The notes under the pieces are model-generated. The model did no database searches. It had not been told where the DNA came from and saw only the letters and a list, made by a program, of their open reading frames with translations. Positions 49,657-59,358 of a stretch of 64,000 nucleotides of DNA are shown in pieces. Position numbers and translations under genes: made by a program. Origin of the DNA: an uncultured Spirochaetota bacterium (GTDB taxonomy: Bacteria; Spirochaetota; Brevinematia; Brevinematales; JAOACQ01); contig CAWIGG010000002.1 of NCBI GenBank assembly GCA_963835575.1, forward strand, positions 1,952,001 to 2,016,000. The letters are read 5' to 3'. Every line of letters starts with the position of its first letter. Positions within the stretch are counted from its first letter, which is position 1.

Positions 49657-49665
49657 GGCTTAACC

Positions 49666-51267
49666 ATGGATAAAGAAAGTCAGAAAAGATCAAACCCGAA
49701 TTATAAATGGAATGTCCTGATGGTCGTGATGATCGGGGCGTTTATGTCTGTCCTTGATTCAAGCATTGTCAATGTCTCTTTGCCTGCGATCATGTCGGAC
49801 TTCGGTTCCAACATAACCGATATCGAATGGATCATGACGGGCTATATGCTTTCTTTCGCGGCGCTGATGCCGCTGACGGCATGGTTCCGCGACAGGATCG
49901 GCTATAAATACCTCTACCTGTCAAGCCTTGCCGTATTCACAATCGGTTCTCTCCTCTGCGGAATGGCCTGGAACCTGCCGTCGCTCATTACAGCCAGGGT
50001 TATCCAGGCCCTGGGCGGGGGAGCCATCGGCCCGACTTCGATGGCGATGATCACAGAGGTTTTTCCCCGCGAGGAACGCGGCCAGGCGCTCGGCTTCTGG
50101 GGCCTGGGGATCATAATGGGCCCGGCGATCGGTCCGACGCTCGGCGGCTACCTGACAAACACTCTCGGATGGCGCTCGATATTCCTGGTCAATCTTCCGG
50201 TCGGAATTGCCGGACTCCTGATCGGCTGGAGGGTCCTGACGAAAGATGTTCCTCATCGCTCCACTCACAAACCGTTTGATCTCTGGGGATTTATATTTTT
50301 GACGGCTTTACTGGTCTCTCTCCTTCTCGGGATTTCCAAGGGTGAAGACCAGGGCTGGACTTCGCCGTTCATTCTGGGCTGCTGGTCTGTCTCAATCCTC
50401 GGTTTTATAGGCTTTCTGCTTGTGGAAACCCATGTCCGGGACCGGATCATCGACCTGAGTTTATTCAAGATACCTGTTTTCACCTCAACCATGATCGTGG
50501 CGGCAGCCCGGTCGATAGCGCTATTCGGCGGCACATTCCTTCTCCCTGTTTTTATCCAGCGCGTTATGGGCTATAATGAAATTACAAGCGGTTTGATTTT
50601 ACTGCCCAGTTCGCTCGTCATGATGGCATTGATCCCCATTGCCGGCCGGCTGAGCGATAAAACGGCCCCCAGGATCCCGGTCTTAATCGGCCTGGTTTTC
50701 CTGGTCTTTTCCATGTTCATGTACCGCAATATTGACGTTACGACCAGCATTTTTAATCTGATACTTCCGACGCTTGTCCGGAGCCTGGGCTTTATCCTTC
50801 TAATGGCGCCTGTCATGACGGCAATGATGAATTCCGTCCCTCAGAGGAAAGCCGGTATGGCGTCTTCCATGATGAACATCATCCAGCAGGTGGGAGGCTC
50901 GATCGGAATAGCCATTTTCGCGACGCTTCAGGCCAACCGTTCCAATTATCATCTCAGCATTGTCGCGCAGACTGTAAAAAACGCCAGCCCGGCCTTTACA
51001 GACGCGGCCGGGAATATCATGCATTTTGCCCACAGCCATGGGCTGACTTACGCCAATTCAATGGCGGTCTCCTTCGGGATGCTGGTCCGGAAGCTCTCGC
51101 AGGCGGCTGTCGTTATGTCCTTCCAGGACGCGTTTATTTTCGGAGGAATTTTAATGATACTCTCCATCCCGATTGCCTTCCTCCTGCCGTCTAAGCTCAT
51201 TCCTCATTTGCCGCCGGCGGGCGTGAAGGATGAAAAGATGAAGGAAATCGTGGTGCTTGAAGGGTAA
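49666..51267 (+). CDS. EmrB/QacA DHA2 MFS transporter
   Basis: LDSSIVNVSLP, ARVIQALGGG, GPAIGPTLGG, WRSIFLVNLPVG. Confidence 0.95.
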   Translation: MDKESQKRSNPNYKWNVLMVVMIGAFMSVLDSSIVNVSLPAIMSDFGSNITDIEWIMTGYMLSFAALMPLTAWFRDRIGYKYLYLSSLAVFTIGSLLCGMAWNLPSLITARVIQALGGGAIGPTSMAMITEVFPREERGQALGFWGLGIIMGPAIGPTLGGYLTNTLGWRSIFLVNLPVGIAGLLIGWRVLTKDVPHRSTHKPFDLWGFIFLTALLVSLLLGISKGEDQGWTSPFILGCWSVSILGFIGFLLVETHVRDRIIDLSLFKIPVFTSTMIVAAARSIALFGGTFLLPVFIQRVMGYNEITSGLILLPSSLVMMALIPIAGRLSDKTAPRIPVLIGLVFLVFSMFMYRNIDVTTSIFNLILPTLVRSLGFILLMAPVMTAMMNSVPQRKAGMASSMMNIIQQVGGSIGIAIFATLQANRSNYHLSIVAQTVKNASPAFTDAAGNIMHFAHSHGLTYANSMAVSFGMLVRKLSQAAVVMSFQDAFIFGGILMILSIPIAFLLPSKLIPHLPPAGVKDEKMKEIVVLEG

Positions 51268-51405
51268 AGCAAAACCAAAAATAGAGTTTTTGGTTTTGCC
51301 CATTCATATGTCTTTAATTTTACAAAAGCCCGGAACCGCGCGGGGGTGATCTGCATACTCAGCGGTTCCAAGAATCCGCACAATTTTTTAAAAAGAGGTG
51401 AATTT

Positions 51406-52773
51406 ATGAATAGATGGATTATAAGCCTGATCATAATCGGCTTATCCGGTTTAAGCTACGGGGAAATTAGGACCCTGACGGTCAGTAATACCGTCGAGCT
51501 TGCACTGCAGAATAACCTTCAGCTTCAACAGGCTGAAAAAGATATGAAGATTGCCGAAGCGCAGTATAACGGAAGTAAATCCGATTTCTGGATGCCGGGC
51601 ATCAATCTTTCGGGAAATTATACCTATATCGACCCGAATACGGTTTCCAACAGCGTGATTTCACTCCCTGTACCGCTTGCCGTGTATGTCAAACCCGGCG
51701 TTACGGTGCCGTATTACATTTCCGCGCAGACAGTTTACGGCGATAATTATTCCTCGTCTTTATCCATTACAAAACCCTTGTTCGCAGGGTTCAGGCTCTG
51801 GAACTCAATGGAAATGAAGAGGCTTAATCTTGAAATGACAAAAGCGAAATATGATGATGCCCGAAAACAGGTTGCGGCATACATTACCACATCTTTTTAT
51901 AATTTATTCCTTCTGAAAGAGAAAATCAATCTGACGGCAGACCTGAACAGAAATTTGAAAAACAGGCTTGATTACACGACGGATAATTTTAAGGCCGGCG
52001 CCGTATCAAAGTTCGATATGATCCGCGCCGAAGTCGCCTATAAGCATTATCAGCCGGTCCTGGAAAAGCTGACTAATGTTTACATCGCCGCAAAAATGGA
52101 TTTCTGCAATTCCATCGGACAGAAAGATTATGAAAACATCGAATTTATCGGCAGCCTTATGGACTCAACAAATATGCTGATAGATGTCACTGTAGATGAG
52201 GCCATTCCCTTGACCCTTTCAAACGACATCAGCATGATAAGCCTTGACTTTACTATTAAGACATTGAAATTAGCCAAAGATATTGCCTCTTCGGCCGGTT
52301 ATCCCGTCGTCTCCGCGTTTTTCAATGATAAATACGCCTATGGGATGGAAAATTTCATCGCCACAAACAGGTCCTGGTTTAATTCCTGGACAGCCGGGAT
52401 CCAGGTTTCCATTCCGCTGGACTCGCTGCTGCCTGTGTCAAAAGCCGCTTATAACGCAGATGAGGCTGAACAGAACATTAAGAAAATGGAATTGGCAAAA
52501 GAGCAGCTTTCCGACGGGATAACACTGCAGGTCAGGAATTTATTTATGACGATCGATCAGGCGAAAAACTCGATTGACAGCCAGTATGATACATTAAACC
52601 AGTCTAAATTGGGGCTGGAAATAGCCAACAACCGCTATAAGGAAGGCACTTCATCACTGCTGGATGTCACCGACGCCGAGGTCAGCTATGCCCAGTCACA
52701 GGTCGATTATCTGCAGGCCATTTATGATTATTTTTCCAGCGTCATTCAATTGAAGAGATTAACGGGAAAATGA
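51406..52773 (+). CDS. TolC-family outer membrane protein
   Basis: Signal peptide at MNRW, ALQNN, RYKEG.SSLLDV.DAE. Confidence 0.9.
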   Translation: MNRWIISLIIIGLSGLSYGEIRTLTVSNTVELALQNNLQLQQAEKDMKIAEAQYNGSKSDFWMPGINLSGNYTYIDPNTVSNSVISLPVPLAVYVKPGVTVPYYISAQTVYGDNYSSSLSITKPLFAGFRLWNSMEMKRLNLEMTKAKYDDARKQVAAYITTSFYNLFLLKEKINLTADLNRNLKNRLDYTTDNFKAGAVSKFDMIRAEVAYKHYQPVLEKLTNVYIAAKMDFCNSIGQKDYENIEFIGSLMDSTNMLIDVTVDEAIPLTLSNDISMISLDFTIKTLKLAKDIASSAGYPVVSAFFNDKYAYGMENFIATNRSWFNSWTAGIQVSIPLDSLLPVSKAAYNADEAEQNIKKMELAKEQLSDGITLQVRNLFMTIDQAKNSIDSQYDTLNQSKLGLEIANNRYKEGTSSLLDVTDAEVSYAQSQVDYLQAIYDYFSSVIQLKRLTGK

Positions 52774-52850
52774 TTTTCCCATCTTCTTATACTGGATTTC
52801 AAATCCGCCTGATTTTTTATGCATATTAATTTCTAATTCATGACATTGAA

Positions 52851-53005
52851 TCTTCCGCGAAGACACGCGAAGTCACGCTAATGTTAATTTTCCTTTAAAG
52901 ACCTTCGAGGTCATTCACTATTCTAAATTTATTCGCGTTAATTTGTGTTATTCGTTTTTTTCCGTTCCTACTTCGCTTTCATTAGCGTGTATTAGCGGAT
53001 TACCC
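52851..53005 (-). repeat. Triple-unit inverted-arm element, CGCTAA/CGCGAA subfamily, reverse orientation
   Basis: Reverse complement aligns end to end with 7067-7224. Confidence 0.9.
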
Positions 53006-53198
53006 CCGCTGACCCTGGGTCTCTGTGAAACTTGCGGCGTGGGCTCACCAGCCAAGCTTGCCGAATCCATATGCGGTTAATTTAAAACACCCCTCATGTT
53101 ATTAAAACCCTTTGCCGAAAATATGGGAGTCAAATTAAATCTTGCTTGACCCGTTTAAATAGTGATGTCATAATTAAGTATTAAAAGAAAGGAATAAT

Positions 53199-54698
53199 AT
53201 GGATATAGCGACTTATACTGATTCGATCAAGCAGGCTGTGCTTAAAAACGAGCCTGTTGAATACCGGTTTGAATATATTACCCAGGATGAATCGGAATTC
53301 ATTGTCGAAGCTCTCAGCGTCATTTTACAGGAAATCAAAAAATCCCATCTCATCGAGGAAATATCCTACTTTCTCCGCGAGTTTGTCACCAATGCCAATA
53401 AATCCAATCTTAAAAGGGTTTATTTCAAATTCCTCAGCCTCAATATTGAAAACCCGAATAACTACCAGCAGGGTATGCAGACATTCGCGAAAGACCTTCA
53501 TGATAAGCTCAATCTGCTCAGCCGGGATTTTAATAAATACTCCCTTTATACAAAGGTAAACTATCATGTAAAAAAGAATGTCCTGACGATCACCGTCAAA
53601 AACAGCAATATTCCCACTCCCCAGGAAATGGATAGAATAAAAACTATGATCAAAGAGTCCAAACATATCCGCGATATAGCCGAGGCGTACCAGAACCTTT
53701 CCGACACTACTGAAGGCACGGGCCTGGGTTTGATATCCTCAATGCTGATGCTCAGGAGCATGGGACTGGATGAAAGCGCCTATAAAATCTCTCTGGATGA
53801 AAATAACCGCGAGACTATTGTCTCCGTAGACATTTTAATGGATTCAGTGACGGAGATGCAGGTCAGCTTTATTTCCGACCTGATCTTTAATGAGATCGGG
53901 GTCCTGCCTGTTTTTCCCGAAAAGTTAAACCAGCTCCAGAAAATGCTTTCAGACGAGGATATCGCCTTTTCCAAAGTGGCCGCAGTCATACATGGCGATG
54001 TTTCCTTAACAGCCGAGCTTCTCCGTATCGTGAATTCGGCGCAGTACATGCTGCCTCAAAAAGTCAGCAACATCACAAACGCCATTTCTCTCATCGGTGT
54101 AAAGGGTTTGAAAAGCCTTCTCTATTCCTACGGCACCCAGAATATACTCACGCAGAAATTCGGAAAAATGGACGAGATATGGGGGCATGCATACCGGGTC
54201 GCCTCCTATGCCTATCATCTGGCGAACGATATGAAACGGAAAGACCTGCAGGATGACGCCTATATCGGGGGCATTCTGCATGACATGGGCAAAATCATCG
54301 CCATTACAGCGTATCCGGGTATGATGGAAAAAATCGATACACACTGCTCTGATAAAGGGATCAACGGCAATATGATCGAAAGGCTTGCGATGGGAATCTC
54401 CCATGCCAAAATCGGCGCCGAAATAGCGCGCCACTGGAATTTTCCTGATACCATTGTAGACGTTCTGAGCTATCACCATCAGCCGCTTCTGGCGCCGGAT
54501 GAGACAAAGGACATTGTTTACCTTGTTTACCTGTCCAATATCCTGGCCCATATCCAGGACGGGAATTTCTATTTTTCGCTTATTGAAAAAGACGTCCTCA
54601 AGCAGTTCCATATCAAAACAAAGAAAGAACTCATAGCTCTTGAAAAAACCCTGGACAGATATTACCAGGAACAGGTCAAAAAAGCCAGTACGATGTAG
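53199..54698 (+). CDS. HATPase-like plus HDOD/HD domain protein
   Basis: REFVTNA N-box, GTGLGL G-box; LPVFP, VNSA, GGILHDMGK, SHAKIGA..WNFP, YHH. Confidence 0.85.
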   Translation: MDIATYTDSIKQAVLKNEPVEYRFEYITQDESEFIVEALSVILQEIKKSHLIEEISYFLREFVTNANKSNLKRVYFKFLSLNIENPNNYQQGMQTFAKDLHDKLNLLSRDFNKYSLYTKVNYHVKKNVLTITVKNSNIPTPQEMDRIKTMIKESKHIRDIAEAYQNLSDTTEGTGLGLISSMLMLRSMGLDESAYKISLDENNRETIVSVDILMDSVTEMQVSFISDLIFNEIGVLPVFPEKLNQLQKMLSDEDIAFSKVAAVIHGDVSLTAELLRIVNSAQYMLPQKVSNITNAISLIGVKGLKSLLYSYGTQNILTQKFGKMDEIWGHAYRVASYAYHLANDMKRKDLQDDAYIGGILHDMGKIIAITAYPGMMEKIDTHCSDKGINGNMIERLAMGISHAKIGAEIARHWNFPDTIVDVLSYHHQPLLAPDETKDIVYLVYLSNILAHIQDGNFYFSLIEKDVLKQFHIKTKKELIALEKTLDRYYQEQVKKASTM

Positions 54699-55083
54699 TT
54701 CTATCTGTCAGGGCTGCCCTGAATACCAAGACACAAGGGCACTAAGATCACCAACTTTGGGTTTTATTTTTAATACCTCATATTTCTTTGTAGACCTTCG
54801 TAACCGGAGCCTGTTCCAATCGAAAGTGATGAATACTCTTCGTGGTTATCTTCCATACATTTTTTTACAATTATTTTATACACTTATATTTCTTTTCAGA
54901 AGGGCAGATTTAGTTGTTTTTCGAAATAACATCTTTTTTGAAAGGAATAATATCGAAATCATATTCTTTTTTCTAAAAACTAAGCGCCTAAGAATACTAA
55001 CTTTGAATTTTATATTTATTACTGAAATTCTCTGGCGTCTTTTTTAAAAACCGCTCCCGTTCCCGGTGTTTCCGTAGATAATT

Positions 55084-55305
55084 TCAATACATTTTGCTGA
55101 TTTTATTTTTTTGTTTCTTTCTTGTTATTTCATTAAAAATATCTTCAATACTGTACCGGTCCTGCCATTTATAACGGTCTTTTGTATAATTGCCGTAACC
55201 GGAATTTAATTCCTGTATAAACCGGATCATGCCGATAGGACCGAGACTTTTATTGAGCGCCTCAATACCCTTTTCCCTGATTTCTTCTATACTTAAAAGT
55301 TTCAT
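55084..55305 (-). CDS. Small protein, putative antitoxin downstream of PIN gene
   Basis: EIREKGIEAL.KSLG..G.IRFI....GYGNYT.DR; ATGA overlap with the PIN stop. Confidence 0.75.
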   Translation of the reverse strand: MKLLSIEEIREKGIEALNKSLGPIGMIRFIQELNSGYGNYTKDRYKWQDRYSIEDIFNEITRKKQKNKISKMY

Positions 55306-55754
55306 AGATTTTCCTCCACCCATGTTAACGGGTTTTGTATCTTCACATTTATCTTATTCTTAAATCTATTATAAATCATAACAATATTATCATCAGTTGT
55401 AAGAAAACTATCAATAAAGCCGTATTCGGAGGATGATATATGTAACGCGTCGAATGATTTAAATCCAAATTTTTTTAATTCCTCAGCCCGTTTTCTAATT
55501 TTATCATTTATTTTAATAATCTCCTTAAAATACCTGATATAACCTTTAAGCTGTGTTTTTCTTACAAAATTCGGCGTCTTTTGAATCTCAAATAAACTAA
55601 TATCGCTTGCCAAAAGATGAATTTTATCATTTTGGGCCCACTTAACTATAATTAAAACGGCTTCGGACTCCATTCTTATACGGTCTGAATTCTGATCATC
55701 AAAAGGCCTGTTTAAACAGCAATTATCAAGGTAGATTCTTTTTCCATTACTCAT
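55302..55754 (-). CDS. PIN-domain toxin
   Basis: IYLDNCCLNRPFDD, DALH, FLTTDD. Confidence 0.88.
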   Translation of the reverse strand: MSNGKRIYLDNCCLNRPFDDQNSDRIRMESEAVLIIVKWAQNDKIHLLASDISLFEIQKTPNFVRKTQLKGYIRYFKEIIKINDKIRKRAEELKKFGFKSFDALHISSSEYGFIDSFLTTDDNIVMIYNRFKNKINVKIQNPLTWVEENL

Positions 55755-55810
55755 ATAAATATGTTAAAAATCTTATATGTTTAAGTCAAATAATTACTTA
55801 AAAGTGTTTG

Positions 55811-55881
55811 CCGCAGAGGCACAAAGCGCACGGAGATTTTTCTTTTTTGTGTTTTCCTCTGTGTACTTCGTGTCTCCGCGG
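55811..55881. repeat. Minimal triple-unit inverted-arm element (CGCAGAG subfamily)
   Basis: CCGCAGAGGCACAAAGCGCACGGAG ... CTCTGTGTACTTCGTGTCTCCGCGG. Confidence 0.8.
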
Positions 55882-55972
55882 TTATAAAATATTGATTAGA
55901 ATGTTGTACGAATAAAAAGAAAAACTTATAATTAAATTGTATTTAAAAATACTACGGTATAAGAGGCTCATT

Positions 55973-56722
55973 ATGGACAATGAAAAAAAGATCATTAAAC
56001 AGGGAAGGGATTTTCTGAAAACTTACTGGGACATGCTGGACGACATCAAAACCGATCAGCAAAAAGGCAAAGAAGTACCGGAACAGCAGAAGCCCTATCT
56101 TAAAGACGGCATCACCATTCCGCTTATTCCGCCTGAAAAATTCAATTTAGGAAAAATGCCGTTGATCGATGTCATTCTGAAAAGGCAAAGCCGCAGGAAA
56201 TATATAAATAATCCTTTAACCCTTGAGGAATTATCTTTTCTTCTCTATTCCACACAGGGAATAAAGAAATATACTGCCAAATACTCGTTCCGCACGGTCC
56301 CTTCAGGCGGCGCCCGACACAGCTTTGAGACATATCTTTACATTGACAAAGTCAAAGAAATTAATAAAGGCCTTTACCGCTATCTGCCTCTGGAACACCG
56401 GCTCTATCAAATAAAAGCTTCTCAGGATATGTACAGCGTATTGAATGAAGCCCTGCAGGGCCAATACTGGAACGCGGCCGTTGTGTTCATATGGGCCACA
56501 ATTCCATACAGAACTGAATGGAGATATTCTATTGTAGCCCATAAAATCATCGCCATTGACGCGGGCCATGTCTGCGAGAACCTCTATCTTGCAGGCGAAT
56601 CGATCGGCTGCAGCGTGTGCGCGATCGGCGCTTATGATCAGAAAAAGATGGATGAATTTCTTGAGGTTGACGGCAATGATGAGTTTACGATCTACGCTGC
56701 CACAGTCGGGAAAGTCGATTAA
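55973..56722 (+). CDS. SagB-type nitroreductase-family protein
   Basis: RQSRR.Y, RTVPSGGARH, DAGHVCENLYL, IGAY; start set at MDNE. Confidence 0.9.
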   Translation: MDNEKKIIKQGRDFLKTYWDMLDDIKTDQQKGKEVPEQQKPYLKDGITIPLIPPEKFNLGKMPLIDVILKRQSRRKYINNPLTLEELSFLLYSTQGIKKYTAKYSFRTVPSGGARHSFETYLYIDKVKEINKGLYRYLPLEHRLYQIKASQDMYSVLNEALQGQYWNAAVVFIWATIPYRTEWRYSIVAHKIIAIDAGHVCENLYLAGESIGCSVCAIGAYDQKKMDEFLEVDGNDEFTIYAATVGKVD

Positions 56723-56730
56723 AAAGGAGG

Positions 56731-57264
56731 TTGTTTATGAAAGAAATTTTTCTATCTTATGCCAAATACAACAAGGCCGCTAATGAGGAAATGCTCAAGC
56801 TGATAGAACCCCTGGACCGGGAAATAATCATGCGGAAAACAAAGGCGTTCTATCCTTCCATTTTCGACACATTGTCTCATATTCTTTTTACCGATATTAA
56901 CTGGATCAAGAGATTTAAAGAGGTTTTCACGGACAATCAATTACTGAATAAAACTCATTTCGCTTCAATGGAAACAGAAAATCTCAAAAAAGAACTGGGC
57001 CTGGAATATACAAGACTGTTTCAATGCAGGAAAGAACTGGATGAAATTATACTGCAGTTTATCGACGGGCTGGATGATGAAAAACTGGGTTCCGCAGTAT
57101 CGCTCCGATTTAAAAACCCCTCGGGCGATTTTCTGAATATTGTATTATGGAAAGCATTGATTCAGTGGTTCAATCATCAGACGCACCACCGGGGACAGGT
57201 TTCCATTCAGCTGGATATGGTTGAAGTCTATAATGATTATTCTTCATTTTTGAAAAAAACATGA
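56731..57264 (+). CDS. DinB family protein
   Basis: YNK.AN, SIFDTLSHI, FNHQTHHRGQ. Confidence 0.92.
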   Translation: MFMKEIFLSYAKYNKAANEEMLKLIEPLDREIIMRKTKAFYPSIFDTLSHILFTDINWIKRFKEVFTDNQLLNKTHFASMETENLKKELGLEYTRLFQCRKELDEIILQFIDGLDDEKLGSAVSLRFKNPSGDFLNIVLWKALIQWFNHQTHHRGQVSIQLDMVEVYNDYSSFLKKT

Positions 57265-57308
57265 TAAAACCTGAATTGAGCAATATTTTTGCTTAAGCTT
57301 ATTAATAG

Positions 57309-57359
57309 CCCAGCACCACTTTGTTTGCTTAATGGTTGGCATATCAAAGTGGTGCTGGG
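57309..57359. repeat. 15-bp perfect stem hairpin of the CCCTCACCA-related family
   Basis: CCCAGCACCACTTTG / CAAAGTGGTGCTGGG. Confidence 0.75.
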
Positions 57360-57421
57360 AATTATATATGCTATAGATAAATAAAAATAATCCCGGCCAG
57401 TATTTTTTTTGGAGGTTCATT

Positions 57422-58087
57422 ATGATAAAAATCTGGAAAACCGCCTCGATCGCTCTTTTTTGTTTATCAGGCTTGTTAATTGCCTGTACATCGATTGAAA
57501 AATTTTCGGCTTCCGTTTCCTATTTTACCGGGGATGTATTGATTAACGGAGAAGCGGTTAAAGCCGGGCAATCCTTGCCGGCTGTCTTTGTTATAAGGAC
57601 CGGAACAAACTCTGTCTGCGAAATTATATTCAACGATAAAAACATACTTCATTTCACGGAAAATTGCGATGCCACTCTGGACCTGGCCTCACCCCTGAAA
57701 TCAATCTCTCTAAGAAACGGCGGTATGGGAAGCGTCCTGAAAGGCCTGAATCCATCTAAAAACGGCGACGCGCCGCTTTTTAAAATCGAGACATCCACAG
57801 CCGCCGCAGCCGTCAGGGGAACAACCTTTTTTGTACAGGTTGAGGATGAAACCAATACCTATATCTGCGACTGCAACGGCGTACTGGACATGAGCGATGA
57901 GGCCGGGAAAAACACGATGAAAATCGAATCGGCCCATCATAAAGCCTTCCGTTTCGGCAAAAGCGAGAAAGGTTCTTATTATGAAAACGCCGGCCTCCTG
58001 TATCATGATGATCCCGGGGTAAATGACCTGGCCAAAAAAATCGGCGTGACGATCGACTGGACAAAGCCGGATAAAAAGCCTTATTAA
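57422..58087 (+). CDS. FecR-domain lipoprotein
   Basis: LIAC lipobox, IRTG.NS, TSTAAAAVRGTTFFV. Confidence 0.85.
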   Translation: MIKIWKTASIALFCLSGLLIACTSIEKFSASVSYFTGDVLINGEAVKAGQSLPAVFVIRTGTNSVCEIIFNDKNILHFTENCDATLDLASPLKSISLRNGGMGSVLKGLNPSKNGDAPLFKIETSTAAAAVRGTTFFVQVEDETNTYICDCNGVLDMSDEAGKNTMKIESAHHKAFRFGKSEKGSYYENAGLLYHDDPGVNDLAKKIGVTIDWTKPDKKPY

Positions 58088-58097
58088 AGGAGTTTTT

Positions 58098-58619
58098 ATG
58101 CCTCGAAAAGTTTTCCTGTATATCGCTTCCAGCCTGGACGGCTATATCGCCCGCACTGACGGGAGCATTGACTGGCTGGAAACAGACGAGCATCTCGGCT
58201 ATGAGGAATTCTACCAGGCTGTCGATACAATAATCGTCGGAAGAAAGACTTACGATCAGGCTCTCACTTTCGGCGAGTTTCCTTACAAAGGGAAAAAATG
58301 CTTCGTATTTTCCAGAAAAACAAAAAAAAAGGACCCGTATGCCGAATTTATCAATGAAGATGTCAAAATATTTTCAGAGCGCTTGAAAAAAGCGGACGGG
58401 CGGGCAATCTGGCTTGTCGGCGGCGCCCGATTGATCAAGGCCTTTTATGAAAACGACCTGATCGATGAATACATCATAACGGTTCTTCCGGTCATTCTAG
58501 GGAACGGGATACCGCTTTTTGAAAAGACGGATGCCGAAAGGAAAGTCCGCCTTGTTGATATCAAAAAGCATCGTAACGGCTTTGTCGAACTGAGATATTC
58601 AAAATTAGGAGAAAAATAA
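58098..58619 (+). CDS. Dihydrofolate reductase-like / RibD C-terminal domain protein
   Basis: IASSLDGYIA, GRKTY, WLVGG, PVILGNGIPLF. Confidence 0.92.
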   Translation: MPRKVFLYIASSLDGYIARTDGSIDWLETDEHLGYEEFYQAVDTIIVGRKTYDQALTFGEFPYKGKKCFVFSRKTKKKDPYAEFINEDVKIFSERLKKADGRAIWLVGGARLIKAFYENDLIDEYIITVLPVILGNGIPLFEKTDAERKVRLVDIKKHRNGFVELRYSKLGEK

Positions 58620-58622
58620 ATT

Positions 58623-58814
58623 ATGGATGGAACTGTACGCTCCCGGATCAAACCCGGATTAAAAGTCGCCATTGTCCTGAAAAAAGACCAGCCGACAGGC
58701 GCGCTCACAGAAGGCATCGTCAGGGATATTCTGACCAGTTCGCCGACTCACCCGCATGGCATCAAGGTCCGGCTGGAGAACGGCGAAGTCGGAAGAGTGA
58801 AGCAGATTTTATAA
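58623..58814 (+). CDS. YwbE family small protein
   Basis: VLKKDQPTG.LTEGIV.DILT.S..HPHGIKVRL..G.VGRV. Confidence 0.92.
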   Translation: MDGTVRSRIKPGLKVAIVLKKDQPTGALTEGIVRDILTSSPTHPHGIKVRLENGEVGRVKQIL

Positions 58815-58830
58815 CATCAGTGCTTAATAT

Positions 58831-59311
58831 CTCTTGCAAAGCTTGCACTGAGCCCTGCCGAATGCGGCGCAAAACCCGCAAAGAATGTATCGACCCCAAT
58901 TCCACGCGGATTTGCGCGGATGAAGCAGATTTACACAGATTAGAATAATGTATATAAGAAAAATTCCGTATTACATTACTCACAACCTTCCAGACGGTCT
59001 TCCCCAATTTCCTTCTTTGCGCCCTCTGCGACTTTGCGTGAACATTCAATTCACGTTTTCCCCGTTATCAGCACCTCTGCGGTGAATTAAATACTTTTAC
59101 TAACCAACTTTCTCGTAAAAATTATAAATCCTCATAAACTTGTGGTGAGCCTGCCGAATCCATCCGTCTCATCTGTGCTAATCCGTGTGAATAATCGGAT
59201 ATTATAAAAAAGAATCATTTTATAAAATCCTTAATCTTATAAAAACTTCAGTATTAAACCATTTTTATTCCCATTTTCCCAGTCCTTTGCGACCTCTGCG
59301 TCTTTACGTGA
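58831..59311. repeat. Cluster of nested triple-unit arms and REP-like motifs
   Basis: CGCAAA-type arms at 58833, 59013, 59284; CGCGGAT/CACAGAT-type arms at 58902, 59158; GAGCC(C)TGCCGAAT near 58850 and 59147. Confidence 0.8.
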
Positions 59312-59358
59312 TTGATCCCTCAAAAGCATACAGAAAGTCATCTTCAGAATAATTTAAC

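Noticed and set aside
54640..55047. 135-aa + strand ORF
   Set aside because: Overlaps the HDOD gene end, crosses repeat arms, low-complexity F/I/L composition, no RBS.
55937..56722. SagB-like gene as a RiPP (azole) cluster
   Set aside because: No YcaO, precursor peptide or transporter nearby; stand-alone nitroreductase-family gene.
58762..59049. 95-aa ORF (HAKSQRAQR..LCKSASSAQIRV)
   Set aside because: Translation of repeat arms, not a credible gene.
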